Shown: positions 1 through 8,656 of the stretch, one piece after another
Layout: each line of letters starts with the position of its first letter
Position numbering within the stretch: the stretch's first letter is position 1
From: Candidatus Eiseniibacteriota bacterium
Lineage (GTDB): Bacteria > Eisenbacteria > RBG-16-71-46 > DASYSL01
Direction: 5' to 3'
Length of the DNA: 59,118 nt
Assembly (NCBI GenBank): GCA_031431875.1
Contig: JANPEF010000049.1
Coordinates: forward strand, 1 to 59,118
Notes under the pieces: model-generated
The model's input: only the letters and a program-made list of their open reading frames with translations
What the model was told of the DNA's origin: nothing
Databases searched by the model: none
Position numbers and translations under genes: made by a program

Positions 1-8
1 ATGGACAT
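1..8 (-). CDS. Probable start of a gene running off the left edge (only ATG TCC AT visible)
   Basis: Minus strand reads AAGGAG-tccgcg-ATG at 20..6, a well-spaced Shine-Dalgarno site. The product cannot be determined. Confidence 0.4.
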
Positions 9-216
9 CGCGGACTCCTTCGAGCGAGCAATCGTCCGGGCCCGTGGGGTCCTCGCAGACGATGGATGCCGCGAGCCGACTTCCGGGTGGAAGGACGTCA
101 CTCCCCTCGACCATAGGGCAGCGATCGCATTCTCGAGCAGGCTCATTGCGCGCGCGCGGCGGAGTCGGCGAAACGCCGGACACGCGCGCCGGGAGAAATC
201 GAGCTGTTTGCCGCGG

Positions 217-1050
217 TTATCGCGCTTGCGCCGTCCGATCCAGGCCCGCGGACGTCTTGCGCAGGATCAGGATGTTTCCGAAGGCGGGACCGGGGGCACG
301 CACGTGGCGGAACCAGGCACGGTTCCAGCCGTGGATCACCGCCAGCGCGGTTCCCGAGTTCGTGCGGCTGTAAAGCTCGGTGAACTGGCCGGCGAAGCGG
401 CGGACCAGGGAGAGCCCGAGCCCCTGGAAGCGCGACACGAGCCAGTCGACGTTCGCATGGCGGATGAGGAGGACGCCGTCGGGCGTCATCAGTTCATACT
501 CGGCGCCGGCCGGCGCGAGGCGCGGTCGCCGTCCGCGCAATCGGTTCGACACGCGGAGGAGAAGGCCGTGCATGGACCCCGCATTGCCCTCGCTGACGAC
601 CAGCATGCCGCCGGGCCGCACGACACGGGCCAGCTCGACGATCGCACGCTCGACCTCGGGCACGTGCATGAGCACGCCCCAGCAGAGGACCGCATCGAAC
701 GACGCATCGGCGAACGACAGGTGGAGGAGATCCTCGCGCTGCAACGTCACGCGGTCGGACAGGCCCGCTGCGCGGACGTTCGCTGCGGCCGACTCGAGGA
801 CGCTGCTCGAGAAGTCGACCGAGCGCACGTGGAATCCGCGGCGCGCCAGGCGAATCGTGTGTGCCCCGGCGCCGCAGCCGGCATCGAGGATCGTGGTACC
901 GGCGGGCAGGCCGAGTTCGCGCACGACCACGTCGAACGCCTCCTCGAATGAGCGCTCGTTGGCGTCGCTGCGGAACACCGACTCCCAGCCCTGGTGCACG
1001 CCGGGGCGGTCGAGTGTCGCGGCAAGATCGTCGGATCCGGGTGCGGTCAT
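217..1050 (-). CDS. Class I SAM-dependent methyltransferase
   Basis: Motif I ILDAGCGAG, acidic VDFS, and LSFADASFDAVLC...LMHV...LARVVRPGG, typical of Methyltransf_11/25. Confidence 0.88.
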   Translation of the reverse strand: MTAPGSDDLAATLDRPGVHQGWESVFRSDANERSFEEAFDVVVRELGLPAGTTILDAGCGAGAHTIRLARRGFHVRSVDFSSSVLESAAANVRAAGLSDRVTLQREDLLHLSFADASFDAVLCWGVLMHVPEVERAIVELARVVRPGGMLVVSEGNAGSMHGLLLRVSNRLRGRRPRLAPAGAEYELMTPDGVLLIRHANVDWLVSRFQGLGLSLVRRFAGQFTELYSRTNSGTALAVIHGWNRAWFRHVRAPGPAFGNILILRKTSAGLDRTAQAR

Positions 1051-1130
1051 CGCGGGGTGCGCCGCCTCGGCCCGCCGATCGGGGCGAGCCGAGGCAGGCT
1101 AGCACAGGCGCAACGGAAGTCGGCCGGCGG

Positions 1131-2216
1131 CTAGGCCCCCGGCGGCAACGGCGGCGGCGTGCGCCCGAACAACGACGCGACATCCGCGACCGACGCGGCA
1201 GCCGTCCATGCGGTCATTCCCGGCATCCACACCAGCGTCGCCGGCGTGACTCGCCCCGACGCCGCTTCCTCGGCCAACTGCAGCAGCGTGTACGGACCGG
1301 CCGCGCGGCCGCTCGCGGCGACGTGCCACTGCGCCGGGATCGGCGGCGGCGACGTCGGGGCGCCGGGCGCCCCCACCTGCTGCGCGTACGCCAGTCCCAT
1401 GCCCAGGCCCACGCCGGCACCGGCGACGCCGCCGGCCGGGTTTGCCGCGGCGATCGGCGTCGAGCGACCGACTTGGTACGCCTGGTACGAGGCGAGGTCG
1501 GCGACGACGCTGATCGACGTGCGCGCATCGAGCGCCTTCTCCACTTCCTCGGGCACCGAGATATTCACGATGTAGAGCTGCGGGATATCGAGACCGTACT
1601 CGTTGTCGACGCGCGCCAGCACCGCGGCCCGCAGCTGCTCCGACAGCGGGCCCGAGTTCGCGGCGAGGTCGCCGAGACGGATGCCGGAGCGCGCGATCAA
1701 GGCGCCGAACTCGTGGCTCACGATCGAGCGCAGGAGCTCGGTGATCTCCTCGGCCTGGTACGACGCGCCGGTGCCGACGAGCTCGGCGAGGATACGCTTC
1801 GGGTCGCGCGCCTTGAGCGTGTACGAGCCGAAGGCACGCACGCGCAGCGTCCCCAGGTCGGGATCGTTGACGATCACCGGATTCGGCGTGCCCCACTTGA
1901 GGTCGGTCACCTGGCGCGTGGCGAAGAAGTACACCTCGGCCTTGAACGGGCTGTCGAAGCCGTGCTTCCAACCCTGCAGCGTCGACAGGAGCGGCAGGTT
2001 CGACGTCTCGAGCGTGTACGTGCCCGGGCCGAACGTGTCGGCGATCTTTCCCTCGTGCACGAACAGCGCGACCTGGCCGGGGCGCACGATCAGCTGCGCG
2101 CCGTTCTTGACCTGGTTGTGATAACGCGGAAAGCGCCACACCAGCGTCTGCGGGTCGTCCTCGAGCCACTCGACGATGTCGACCAGCTCGCCACGCATCT
2201 TGTCGATCCAGCTCAT
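1131..2216 (-). CDS. SPFH (YdjI-like) domain protein with C-terminal GYF_2/DUF4339 domain
   Basis: LVDIVEW..LVWRFP..GAQLIVRPGQVALF..KWGTPNP..RAFGSY is YdjI-type SPFH. The C-terminal WHVA..GPY..TLVWMPGMTAW..PPPLP is GYF_2. ATG at 2216 follows GGAGG. Confidence 0.88.
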   Translation of the reverse strand: MSWIDKMRGELVDIVEWLEDDPQTLVWRFPRYHNQVKNGAQLIVRPGQVALFVHEGKIADTFGPGTYTLETSNLPLLSTLQGWKHGFDSPFKAEVYFFATRQVTDLKWGTPNPVIVNDPDLGTLRVRAFGSYTLKARDPKRILAELVGTGASYQAEEITELLRSIVSHEFGALIARSGIRLGDLAANSGPLSEQLRAAVLARVDNEYGLDIPQLYIVNISVPEEVEKALDARTSISVVADLASYQAYQVGRSTPIAAANPAGGVAGAGVGLGMGLAYAQQVGAPGAPTSPPPIPAQWHVAASGRAAGPYTLLQLAEEAASGRVTPATLVWMPGMTAWTAAASVADVASLFGRTPPPLPPGA

Positions 2217-2250
2217 GACCGCCCTCCGTTCCATCGGAACCCCGGTTCGT

Positions 2251-3156
2251 TCATCGCCTCAGCATTTCGCGCAGGAACACGCCGATCAGCGCCCCTGCCC
2301 CCGGATTGCCAGTGTCGCGCCCTCTCGTCGTCGATGACCCGTCCGAGAGCGACGTCTGCGCAAGAATCCACGCTTCGCGTGCAGCTGGCTGTGTCGCGCG
2401 CGCCGCCAGCGCCGCGGCCTCGGCGGCCGCCCTCTCCGCATGCGCCCGCTCCGCCTGCTCGAGCGCGCCCGACATCACGAATGTGGCCACGCGCTCCAGC
2501 TCCTGCGGATCGAGCCACGTGCCGTGCTTGCGACACCAGTCGACGATGATTCCCGAGCGGCGGCCGAAGTTCTTGCGATGCATCGGCTGCGCGCACACCG
2601 GGCAGTCGCGATAGTGCACGGCTCCCTCGGTCGCAGCCTCGCTCGCACGCGCGACGGCGGTGATGCCGCGGGTCGGAGTCGCGCGCGCCGCCTCCATCGC
2701 CTTCTTCACCAGCGCGTCGAAGTGTTCGCCCGGCACCCACAGCCCGGCGCAGCGCGCACACTCGCGCACCGGCACGCCGCCGATCCCCTGGAGCGCCAGC
2801 GGCTCGGCGCACACCGGACAGGCCAACGCGACGGTATCGGTCGGCACCGGCTGCGGGCGGAACTCGACACCGCAGGTCACGCAATAGCGGTGCGCCTCGT
2901 CGTTGCGGGTGAAGCACTCGGGACAGATCAGCCGCAGCCGTGTCGCGTCGGCGACCAGGCCCGCGCGGCAGTACGGACACGCGCGCGCCGCGCCCTCGAC
3001 CGCCGCGCCGCAGGCGCCGCAGCGGCGCGCCTCGGCGTCGCGGCCGGCGGCGACGGCGTTGTCGACGCTCGTCCCGCACGAGCACGCGAAGCGCGCGCCG
3101 GCGTGGGCCGTGACGTCGTACTGGATGTGACAGCGTGGACAGGCGACGAGCCGCAG
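2251..3156 (-). CDS. Multi zinc-ribbon protein with two C-terminal zf-TFIIB-like repeats (probable CTG start, about 301 aa)
   Basis: The frame of track ORF 2251..2880 stays open upstream to 3156: (M)RLVACPRCH..CSC..CGAC..CPYC..CPEC..CVTC..CPVC..ECARCAGLW..CPVC..DWCRKHGTWLD. An in-frame TGA at 3162..3160 bounds it. Confidence 0.8.
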   Translation of the reverse strand: MRLVACPRCHIQYDVTAHAGARFACSCGTSVDNAVAAGRDAEARRCGACGAAVEGAARACPYCRAGLVADATRLRLICPECFTRNDEAHRYCVTCGVEFRPQPVPTDTVALACPVCAEPLALQGIGGVPVRECARCAGLWVPGEHFDALVKKAMEAARATPTRGITAVARASEAATEGAVHYRDCPVCAQPMHRKNFGRRSGIIVDWCRKHGTWLDPQELERVATFVMSGALEQAERAHAERAAAEAAALAARATQPAAREAWILAQTSLSDGSSTTRGRDTGNPGAGALIGVFLREMLRR

Positions 3157-3381
3157 AGTTCACCCCCCGGGCCCGTGACCGTGCGCGGGGCCCCATGGAG
3201 TAATCGGCGGTCGGGCGTCCGATCTGAATCCGTCCCTTGTGGCCGCACGATTGTGTGTCGACCCGGATTCGGGAGGTGCCGCGCCCGTGCAGCCTCGTAA
3301 CTCGTTGTGCCGCAACAGAGGGAAATCGCCTAAACCCGCGCGCACAATCATGCGGGCACAACCTGCGCCGTCGGCGAGGCC

Positions 3382-4857
3382 TCAGCAGCTGAAATAGACA
3401 TGCGCGCGGCTCTCGGTATCGATGTCGAACTCCAGACGCCACATGCGACGGCGGAGGTCCCGATGGCGCGCGGCCGGCTCCGCCGTGAAGTCCGGTGACC
3501 ACCAGAGGTCGAGCCCGGCCTCCGGGAGAGCCTCCCCGACCAGCCCCCGGTAGAGCTCGAGCGCGCGACGGCGGTGCGTCCCGGCCCCGGCACGATCGAG
3601 CTCCGGGTTGTTGCCTCCCTCGGCGCCGTCGGCGATTGCGAGCGACCAGGCCGTCTCGTGCGCCTGCGCCACGAGAAAGGCGACCTCGCGCCCGGCCGTC
3701 GACCGCGGGTGATCGCGCAGGAAGGACTCACCCCGGTCGATGATGAACCGGTAGGCATCCCACTGATACGCGCCCGTGCCAGCCGAGTCCCAACCCGAGC
3801 CCAGGCGATCGGCGAAGGCATGATCCGCCCACGGGCTCCGGCCCAGGCGCTGCATGAGGGTCGTCGCCAGCGAGCCGCGATAGAGCCGGGCGATGCCGTC
3901 TTCGCCCGCGTGAAAGGTGACGCCGAGCGGAGTCAGGGCAGCCTCGACATGCGCGGCGCGGTCGCGGGCGGCATCCGAGCCGGTCGTCAACGAATCCAGC
4001 GATGCGAGCCACAGGTGACTCGCCCACTGGAGCAGGTCGCGCCGCTCCCCCGCCCGCAGCGACATCGCCTCGGCCAACGCCGCCTGCACCGCCCCGAGCG
4101 CGGCCGGCGAGGGCGCGGCTTCCTCGAGGGCCGCCCGGAGCGCGCGATCGCGGGACCCGAGCGCCTCTGCCGCCTCTCGCCGTCGCTCGCGTGTGCGCTG
4201 CGCCTCGAAGGGAAGTTCCGGCCCGCTCGTGGGCTCGGGATCCCAATGTGCGTGCTCCTCGGCAGCAAGGGGAGCGAACCAGTGCGCGACGAGGAGCGAG
4301 TCGACGCCCCAGTCATCCTCAGCGGAATAAACGCGGAGAACTCCGAGCGACGTCGCGAACTCGAAGGGATGGTTCCTGGAACGACCGAGGCCATCGAAGG
4401 CGGTCCCGCTCGGCCGCGCACGTGCCGGCCCGAGGCGGCGCGCGAGCGAGTCGAGCACCTCCTGGCGAAGCGAGGCGAGGGGCTCGGCGGAGGAACCGGC
4501 TGCGGACAGGGCGCCGATGGACCAGAAGACGACGGCCCCGCGGGGCTGCGGGTCCTCCCCTACCTGGTGCACGCGCCGCTCCAGCCGTCCGCCGGCGAGC
4601 GGGCGCTCGCAGCGCTCCACCCACTGTTCGACGGGACTCTTGAACCAGAGTCCGCCGTACTCGCTCCGAAATACGACACATGAACTGCCGTCCGCGGCGC
4701 GCCCATCGAGCGCGGCAGGCGACCAGGGAAGCCCCAGCGAGTTCACGAGCAGGGAATCGCAGACGACGGCGACGGAAGGACGGGCGGCATGGAGCGGGGC
4801 AGGCCACAGGACCCACGTCGCCAGGAGGACTGCGACGAGCAGCGGGACTTGGATCAT
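3382..4857 (-). CDS. Exported hypothetical protein, helical/TPR-like C-terminal half
   Basis: GGAGG then ATG at 4857. Signal peptide MIQVPLLVAVLLATWVLWPAPLHA. FLRDHPRS..VAFLVAQAHE..ALELYR is TPR-like. It is the real 3' part of track ORF 3382..6621. Confidence 0.65.
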   Translation of the reverse strand: MIQVPLLVAVLLATWVLWPAPLHAARPSVAVVCDSLLVNSLGLPWSPAALDGRAADGSSCVVFRSEYGGLWFKSPVEQWVERCERPLAGGRLERRVHQVGEDPQPRGAVVFWSIGALSAAGSSAEPLASLRQEVLDSLARRLGPARARPSGTAFDGLGRSRNHPFEFATSLGVLRVYSAEDDWGVDSLLVAHWFAPLAAEEHAHWDPEPTSGPELPFEAQRTRERRREAAEALGSRDRALRAALEEAAPSPAALGAVQAALAEAMSLRAGERRDLLQWASHLWLASLDSLTTGSDAARDRAAHVEAALTPLGVTFHAGEDGIARLYRGSLATTLMQRLGRSPWADHAFADRLGSGWDSAGTGAYQWDAYRFIIDRGESFLRDHPRSTAGREVAFLVAQAHETAWSLAIADGAEGGNNPELDRAGAGTHRRRALELYRGLVGEALPEAGLDLWWSPDFTAEPAARHRDLRRRMWRLEFDIDTESRAHVYFSC

Positions 4858-5168
4858 GGTTGTTCGACCTCCGCGGCGGGCGCACCGGGGACCGGGCGCG
4901 GGCGCGCGACAGCGGGACACGCGCGCGCAGCATAGCGGGTCCGTGTGCCCGCGCTCAGACTTTCGCCGGATCTCCCTTGGACAGCTGTCGCAGCGACGGC
5001 ACCTGGGGCAGGAAGAGGATGACCGGCCGGGCGCTCCCATCGTTGATGCGCGCGGCGATCGCCTCGACCAGGGCGGCCGAGCGGGCGGGATCTGGCGCGG
5101 GGTCGGCGCGGCCGGACAGTGTGGCGCGGGCGACGACCGGGCGAGCCATGCTTCGTTCGGGAATCGAC

Positions 5169-5891
5169 TCAGACCAGGTTGTGGAACACCTTCTGCACGT
5201 CCTCGTCCTGCTCGATCTTGTCGACCATCTTGAGGACGACCTCGGCCTGGTTCTCGGGCAGCGTCGAGTGCGTCGTCGGGATGTACTCCGAGTCGGCCGA
5301 GACGGGCGTGATGCCGCGATCCTCGAGTGCCTTCTGCAGCTTGCCGAAATCGTTGAAGGCGCAGCGGATGACGACCTGATCCTCGCCCTTCTCGCCGCTG
5401 CCCTCGCCCATCTCCTCGAGCCCGTGGTCGATCAGGTCGAGCTCGAGCGTTTCCGTGTCGAGGCCCTCGGGCTTCAAGCGGAACACACCCATCTTCTTGA
5501 ACATGAAGCCGACGCTGCCCGCGGCCCCCATGTGTCCGCCTCCCTTGAGGAACGCATTGCGCACGTTCGCCACGGTGCGGGTGGGGTTGTCGGTCGCGGC
5601 CTCGACGAGCACGGCGACACCATGCGGCCCGTAGCCCTCGTAGATGATCTCGGCGTAGTCGGCGGAGGTGTGGTCCATGGCCCGCTTGATCGCGGTCTCG
5701 ACCTTCTCCTTCGGCATGTTGACCGCTCGTGCGTTCTGGAACGCCCGGCGCAGCGCGACGTTGGTCTCGGGGAGCGGGCCGCCGGCTTTGACCGCGATCG
5801 TGACCTGCTTGCCGATGCGTGCAAATGCCTTCGACATCTTGTCCCAGCGCGCGAACATCGTGGCCTTGCGAGTTTCGAAGATGCGACCCAT
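5169..5891 (-). CDS. yebC: YebC/PmpR (TACO1) family protein
   Basis: MGRIFE.RK N-terminus, [41 protein letters not shown]. Confidence 0.95.
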   Translation of the reverse strand: MGRIFETRKATMFARWDKMSKAFARIGKQVTIAVKAGGPLPETNVALRRAFQNARAVNMPKEKVETAIKRAMDHTSADYAEIIYEGYGPHGVAVLVEAATDNPTRTVANVRNAFLKGGGHMGAAGSVGFMFKKMGVFRLKPEGLDTETLELDLIDHGLEEMGEGSGEKGEDQVVIRCAFNDFGKLQKALEDRGITPVSADSEYIPTTHSTLPENQAEVVLKMVDKIEQDEDVQKVFHNLV

Positions 5892-6003
5892 CGTGGCTTC
5901 GCTCCTGGGTGCGGGTAGGGCGCCGGCGGCGGGCCGGGAACGCGCGAGACCGCATGGATCGCGGCCGACGCGCCATGATGCCACGCAGCGGCGCGCGCGT
6001 CCA

Positions 6004-6045
6004 CCCCGTGGCCGTCACCCCGTGGCCGCCAACTGCCCCGTGGCC
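6004..6045. repeat. Three direct copies of CCCCGTGGCC in the intergenic region upstream of yebC
   Basis: Exact 10-mer at 6004-6013, 6018-6027 and 6036-6045. Confidence 0.7.
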
Positions 6046-6055
6046 ACCACGCGAA

Positions 6056-6088
6056 CGCGGCCGCCCCCGAAACAGGCGGGCGGCCGCG
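6056..6088 (-). terminator. GC-rich hairpin downstream of the 6117..6908 gene
   Basis: CGCGGCCGCCC (6056-6066) pairs with GGGCGGCCGCG (6078-6088). The U-tract is weak. Confidence 0.5.
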
Positions 6089-6116
6089 CAGGGCGTGGAC
6101 AGGCGCGTTTCAACGA

Positions 6117-6908
6117 TTATCGATAGTGCGCCTTCACACCGCCCCAGCTCTTCGGCAACGCAGCCACGACACCCGTCTTGAACGACGGAACGCACAGCCA
6201 CTTGTCCTCGACCAGCTGGATGGACCAGAACCCGAACTGGTCCTGGGTGACGACCTGTCGCGGCTGCGACGGCGGCGTCTTCGTGATGTCGTAGCAGACC
6301 AGGTGCGCCTCGGGATCGAGGATCGGATACTGCCCGGTCGGATCCTGCTTCTCGACGGGATTGCAGAACCAGCGGGCCGAGTCGACGAAAGCGTGATTGA
6401 AGCCGAACTGGTCCTCGAGCGTGACGATGCGCCCCGGCCCCGGCGCGATCGCCGCGTAGCACTTGTAGTGGTTGCGCGGCGGGATCACCTGCCCGGGCAC
6501 GGGGAACTTGAGGCTCGGCGCGAGCAGGAAGCGCGCGGAGCCCACCCGCAGTTGCTGCTCGGGGCCAAACTGGTTGGTGGCGAAGACGAGGGCCGAGAAC
6601 GGCTGGGAATCGATGCGCCACCAGTCGTAGTGCAGGATCGGGTCGAACATCGGGTAGCCGTCCTTCGACACCGGTGTCGCGAAGTACGGGAACTCACGCA
6701 CCAGATGCGTGGCGATCCCGAACTGGTCGCGCAGGACCACGGGCACCTGGTGCACCGGCGGCGGCAGCACCGCGTAGATCTTGTAGTGATCGATGCCCGG
6801 GGGGCCACCCGAGCCCTGGGCGTGGGCCGGGACGACGGAGGCGAGGAAGCACAGTGCGGAGAGCAGCGCGATGTGCGCGCCGCGGGAGACCTGTGTGCGA
6901 GATGGCAT
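6117..6908 (-). CDS. Secreted protein with duplicated DHYK(C)Y...DQFG modules (DUF7450-like) and SWG-x-VK C-terminal tail
   Basis: GGAG then ATG at 6908. Signal peptide ends VPAHA-Q. Two units: DHYKIY..DQFG..PVSK..LHY..NQFG and NHYKCY..DQFG..FCNPVEK..HLVCY..DQFG..LCVPSFK. Ends VAALPKSWGGVKAHYR. Confidence 0.75.
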   Translation of the reverse strand: MPSRTQVSRGAHIALLSALCFLASVVPAHAQGSGGPPGIDHYKIYAVLPPPVHQVPVVLRDQFGIATHLVREFPYFATPVSKDGYPMFDPILHYDWWRIDSQPFSALVFATNQFGPEQQLRVGSARFLLAPSLKFPVPGQVIPPRNHYKCYAAIAPGPGRIVTLEDQFGFNHAFVDSARWFCNPVEKQDPTGQYPILDPEAHLVCYDITKTPPSQPRQVVTQDQFGFWSIQLVEDKWLCVPSFKTGVVAALPKSWGGVKAHYR

Positions 6909-7124
6909 GACGGAACTCCGGAGTGGAGGTCGGTCCGTGCCGCGTCCGACGGTTTCCGGCGACGTGGAGAGGCGACCCCGCGCGCGGCGGGGATTCGGGA
7001 CGTCTCTGGGACGGGATGCGGATGGAGGATGCGGGTCCCGGGAACCGCTGAGAACAATGCGCCGATTCCCCGCGCCGTCCAACCCAATTTCGGCGCGTCG
7101 GCAAGACCTTGCCGGGCAGCAGCT

Positions 7125-8591
7125 TCAAGCCACGGGCACGCCCCCCGTCAGCCACGCGAGGACGTCGAGCGCCGAGTAGTGGTCGCGCCCGGCCAGGAAC
7201 CCGCCGAGGATCTTGAGGTCGTCTCCGCTGGTCACCAGCGGTGGCTCGACCGCCCCGTCGGCGCGCACCTGCGGGTGCCCCACGGTGGCGACCAGCGTGT
7301 TGCACAGGCAGCGCCGGCCCGCGGTCTCCTCGGCCGCGCCGCCCTTCCACACGAACAGGTCCTCCGGTTCGCTGGCACAGCGGAAGCCGACGCGTCCCTC
7401 GGGCGTCACGTAGGTCACGCGCAGGTAGCCGAGGTCACACACGCGCTCGCGCTCGACGCCCTGCGCCGGATCCTCGGGCCACTTGACGATCTTGAACGGG
7501 TAGCCGGTCGGCGACGCCTCGGCATCGGTGAAGACGTCGACCTCGTCGCGCGCAACGGCGGCGAGCACGGAGCGCTTGATCGCGGGCGCCATGCCCGACT
7601 CGTCGCTGAACGCGAACAGCGTTCCCACCTGGATCCCGGCCGCGCCCTGGGCGAGCGCCTCGCGCAGGCGATCGGGGTGGCCCGCCCCGCCGGCGAGCCA
7701 GAACGGCAGGCCGAGTTCGCGCATCTTCGCCAGGTCGACCTCGTCGCGCGGGCCGTAGACCGGCTCGCCGCGGTCGTTGCGCGGCGCCTCGGTCCGCGGC
7801 GGCGCATTGTGGCCGCCCGCGGTCGGACCCTCGATGACGAACCCGTCGACTTGCCCGGTCGCCTTCTTCGCCAGCACGGTGGCGAGCGAGTGGCTGGCGA
7901 CGATCGGCAGGAAGCGTGGTCGCGTCAGCGATTCCGGCGCGGCGCCCAGGTGATCGGCGGGATCGAAGCGCAGGAGTTCGAGGCCGGCGGGCGCTTCCCC
8001 TTCGATCTCGAGCTTGAGCGTCGCGGGCCGGTGCCCGGCGAGGGCATCGAGCACGCCCGGGATCTCGCGCGGGATGCCCGCGCCCATGAGGATGAAGTCG
8101 ACGCCCGCGAGCATGGCGCCGTAGAGCAGCGGCAGGTTCGCCAGTTGCACCTTGGTCAGCAGGTTCATGCCGACGACGCCGGCGTGGCCTTCCTTCGCCA
8201 GCCAGACCTCGACGAACGCAGCGAGCATCGACATCCGCTGGCGGGCGAGATCGAGCGGCAGGCGCAGGAGCGGCAGCAGCCGATACGGCGTGCCCGGCGG
8301 CAGGCCGCCCTCGACGAAGAACCTGGCGAGCACCTCGCTGGCCACGCCCGGCACGGGGAAGTGCGTCATGGCGCGACGGAGGTGTCCGCCCTCGTCACCG
8401 TCCTGCAGCCGCCGCACGACGATGGTCTCGAGACCGGTCCCCGAGACGACGCCGAGTTGCCCGGCGCGGGAGACGGTCCGGGCGAGGCGCCAGCCGGAGA
8501 CACCGATCCCCATGCCTCCCTGGATGATGCGAGGAAGCGAAGGAGTGGCGTGGTCGGCACGGGAATCTGGGGTGGGGATTTCAGGCGGCAT
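7125..8591 (-). CDS. Nitronate monooxygenase-like FMN oxidoreductase
   Basis: IIQGGMGIGVS, MGAGIP, EGPTAGGHNAPPR, AGIQVGTLFAF, ASPTGYPFK, and a C-terminal Cys cluster CDLGYL..C..CLCN. Confidence 0.88.
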   Translation of the reverse strand: MPPEIPTPDSRADHATPSLPRIIQGGMGIGVSGWRLARTVSRAGQLGVVSGTGLETIVVRRLQDGDEGGHLRRAMTHFPVPGVASEVLARFFVEGGLPPGTPYRLLPLLRLPLDLARQRMSMLAAFVEVWLAKEGHAGVVGMNLLTKVQLANLPLLYGAMLAGVDFILMGAGIPREIPGVLDALAGHRPATLKLEIEGEAPAGLELLRFDPADHLGAAPESLTRPRFLPIVASHSLATVLAKKATGQVDGFVIEGPTAGGHNAPPRTEAPRNDRGEPVYGPRDEVDLAKMRELGLPFWLAGGAGHPDRLREALAQGAAGIQVGTLFAFSDESGMAPAIKRSVLAAVARDEVDVFTDAEASPTGYPFKIVKWPEDPAQGVERERVCDLGYLRVTYVTPEGRVGFRCASEPEDLFVWKGGAAEETAGRRCLCNTLVATVGHPQVRADGAVEPPLVTSGDDLKILGGFLAGRDHYSALDVLAWLTGGVPVA

Positions 8592-8656
8592 GGCAGATCT
8601 CTCCCGTTTCGACGGGGTCTGGATCCGCGTGCCGCGTTCGGGGGAACGAGCTGAAG

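Noticed and set aside
21..130. Structured minus-strand leader as a possible riboswitch
   Set aside because: Hairpins are possible, but I recognise no known aptamer consensus. An Infernal/Rfam scan would be needed.
1..951. 316-aa plus-strand ORF
   Set aside because: Antisense shadow of the methyltransferase, with no motifs of its own.
4955..5149. 64-aa ORF downstream of yebC
   Set aside because: No motif or convincing RBS, so it cannot be supported.
3382..6621. 1079-aa ORF as one protein
   Set aside because: The N-terminal ~590 aa are Arg/Pro-rich off-frame read-through across yebC and the 6117..6908 gene. The real start is at 4857.
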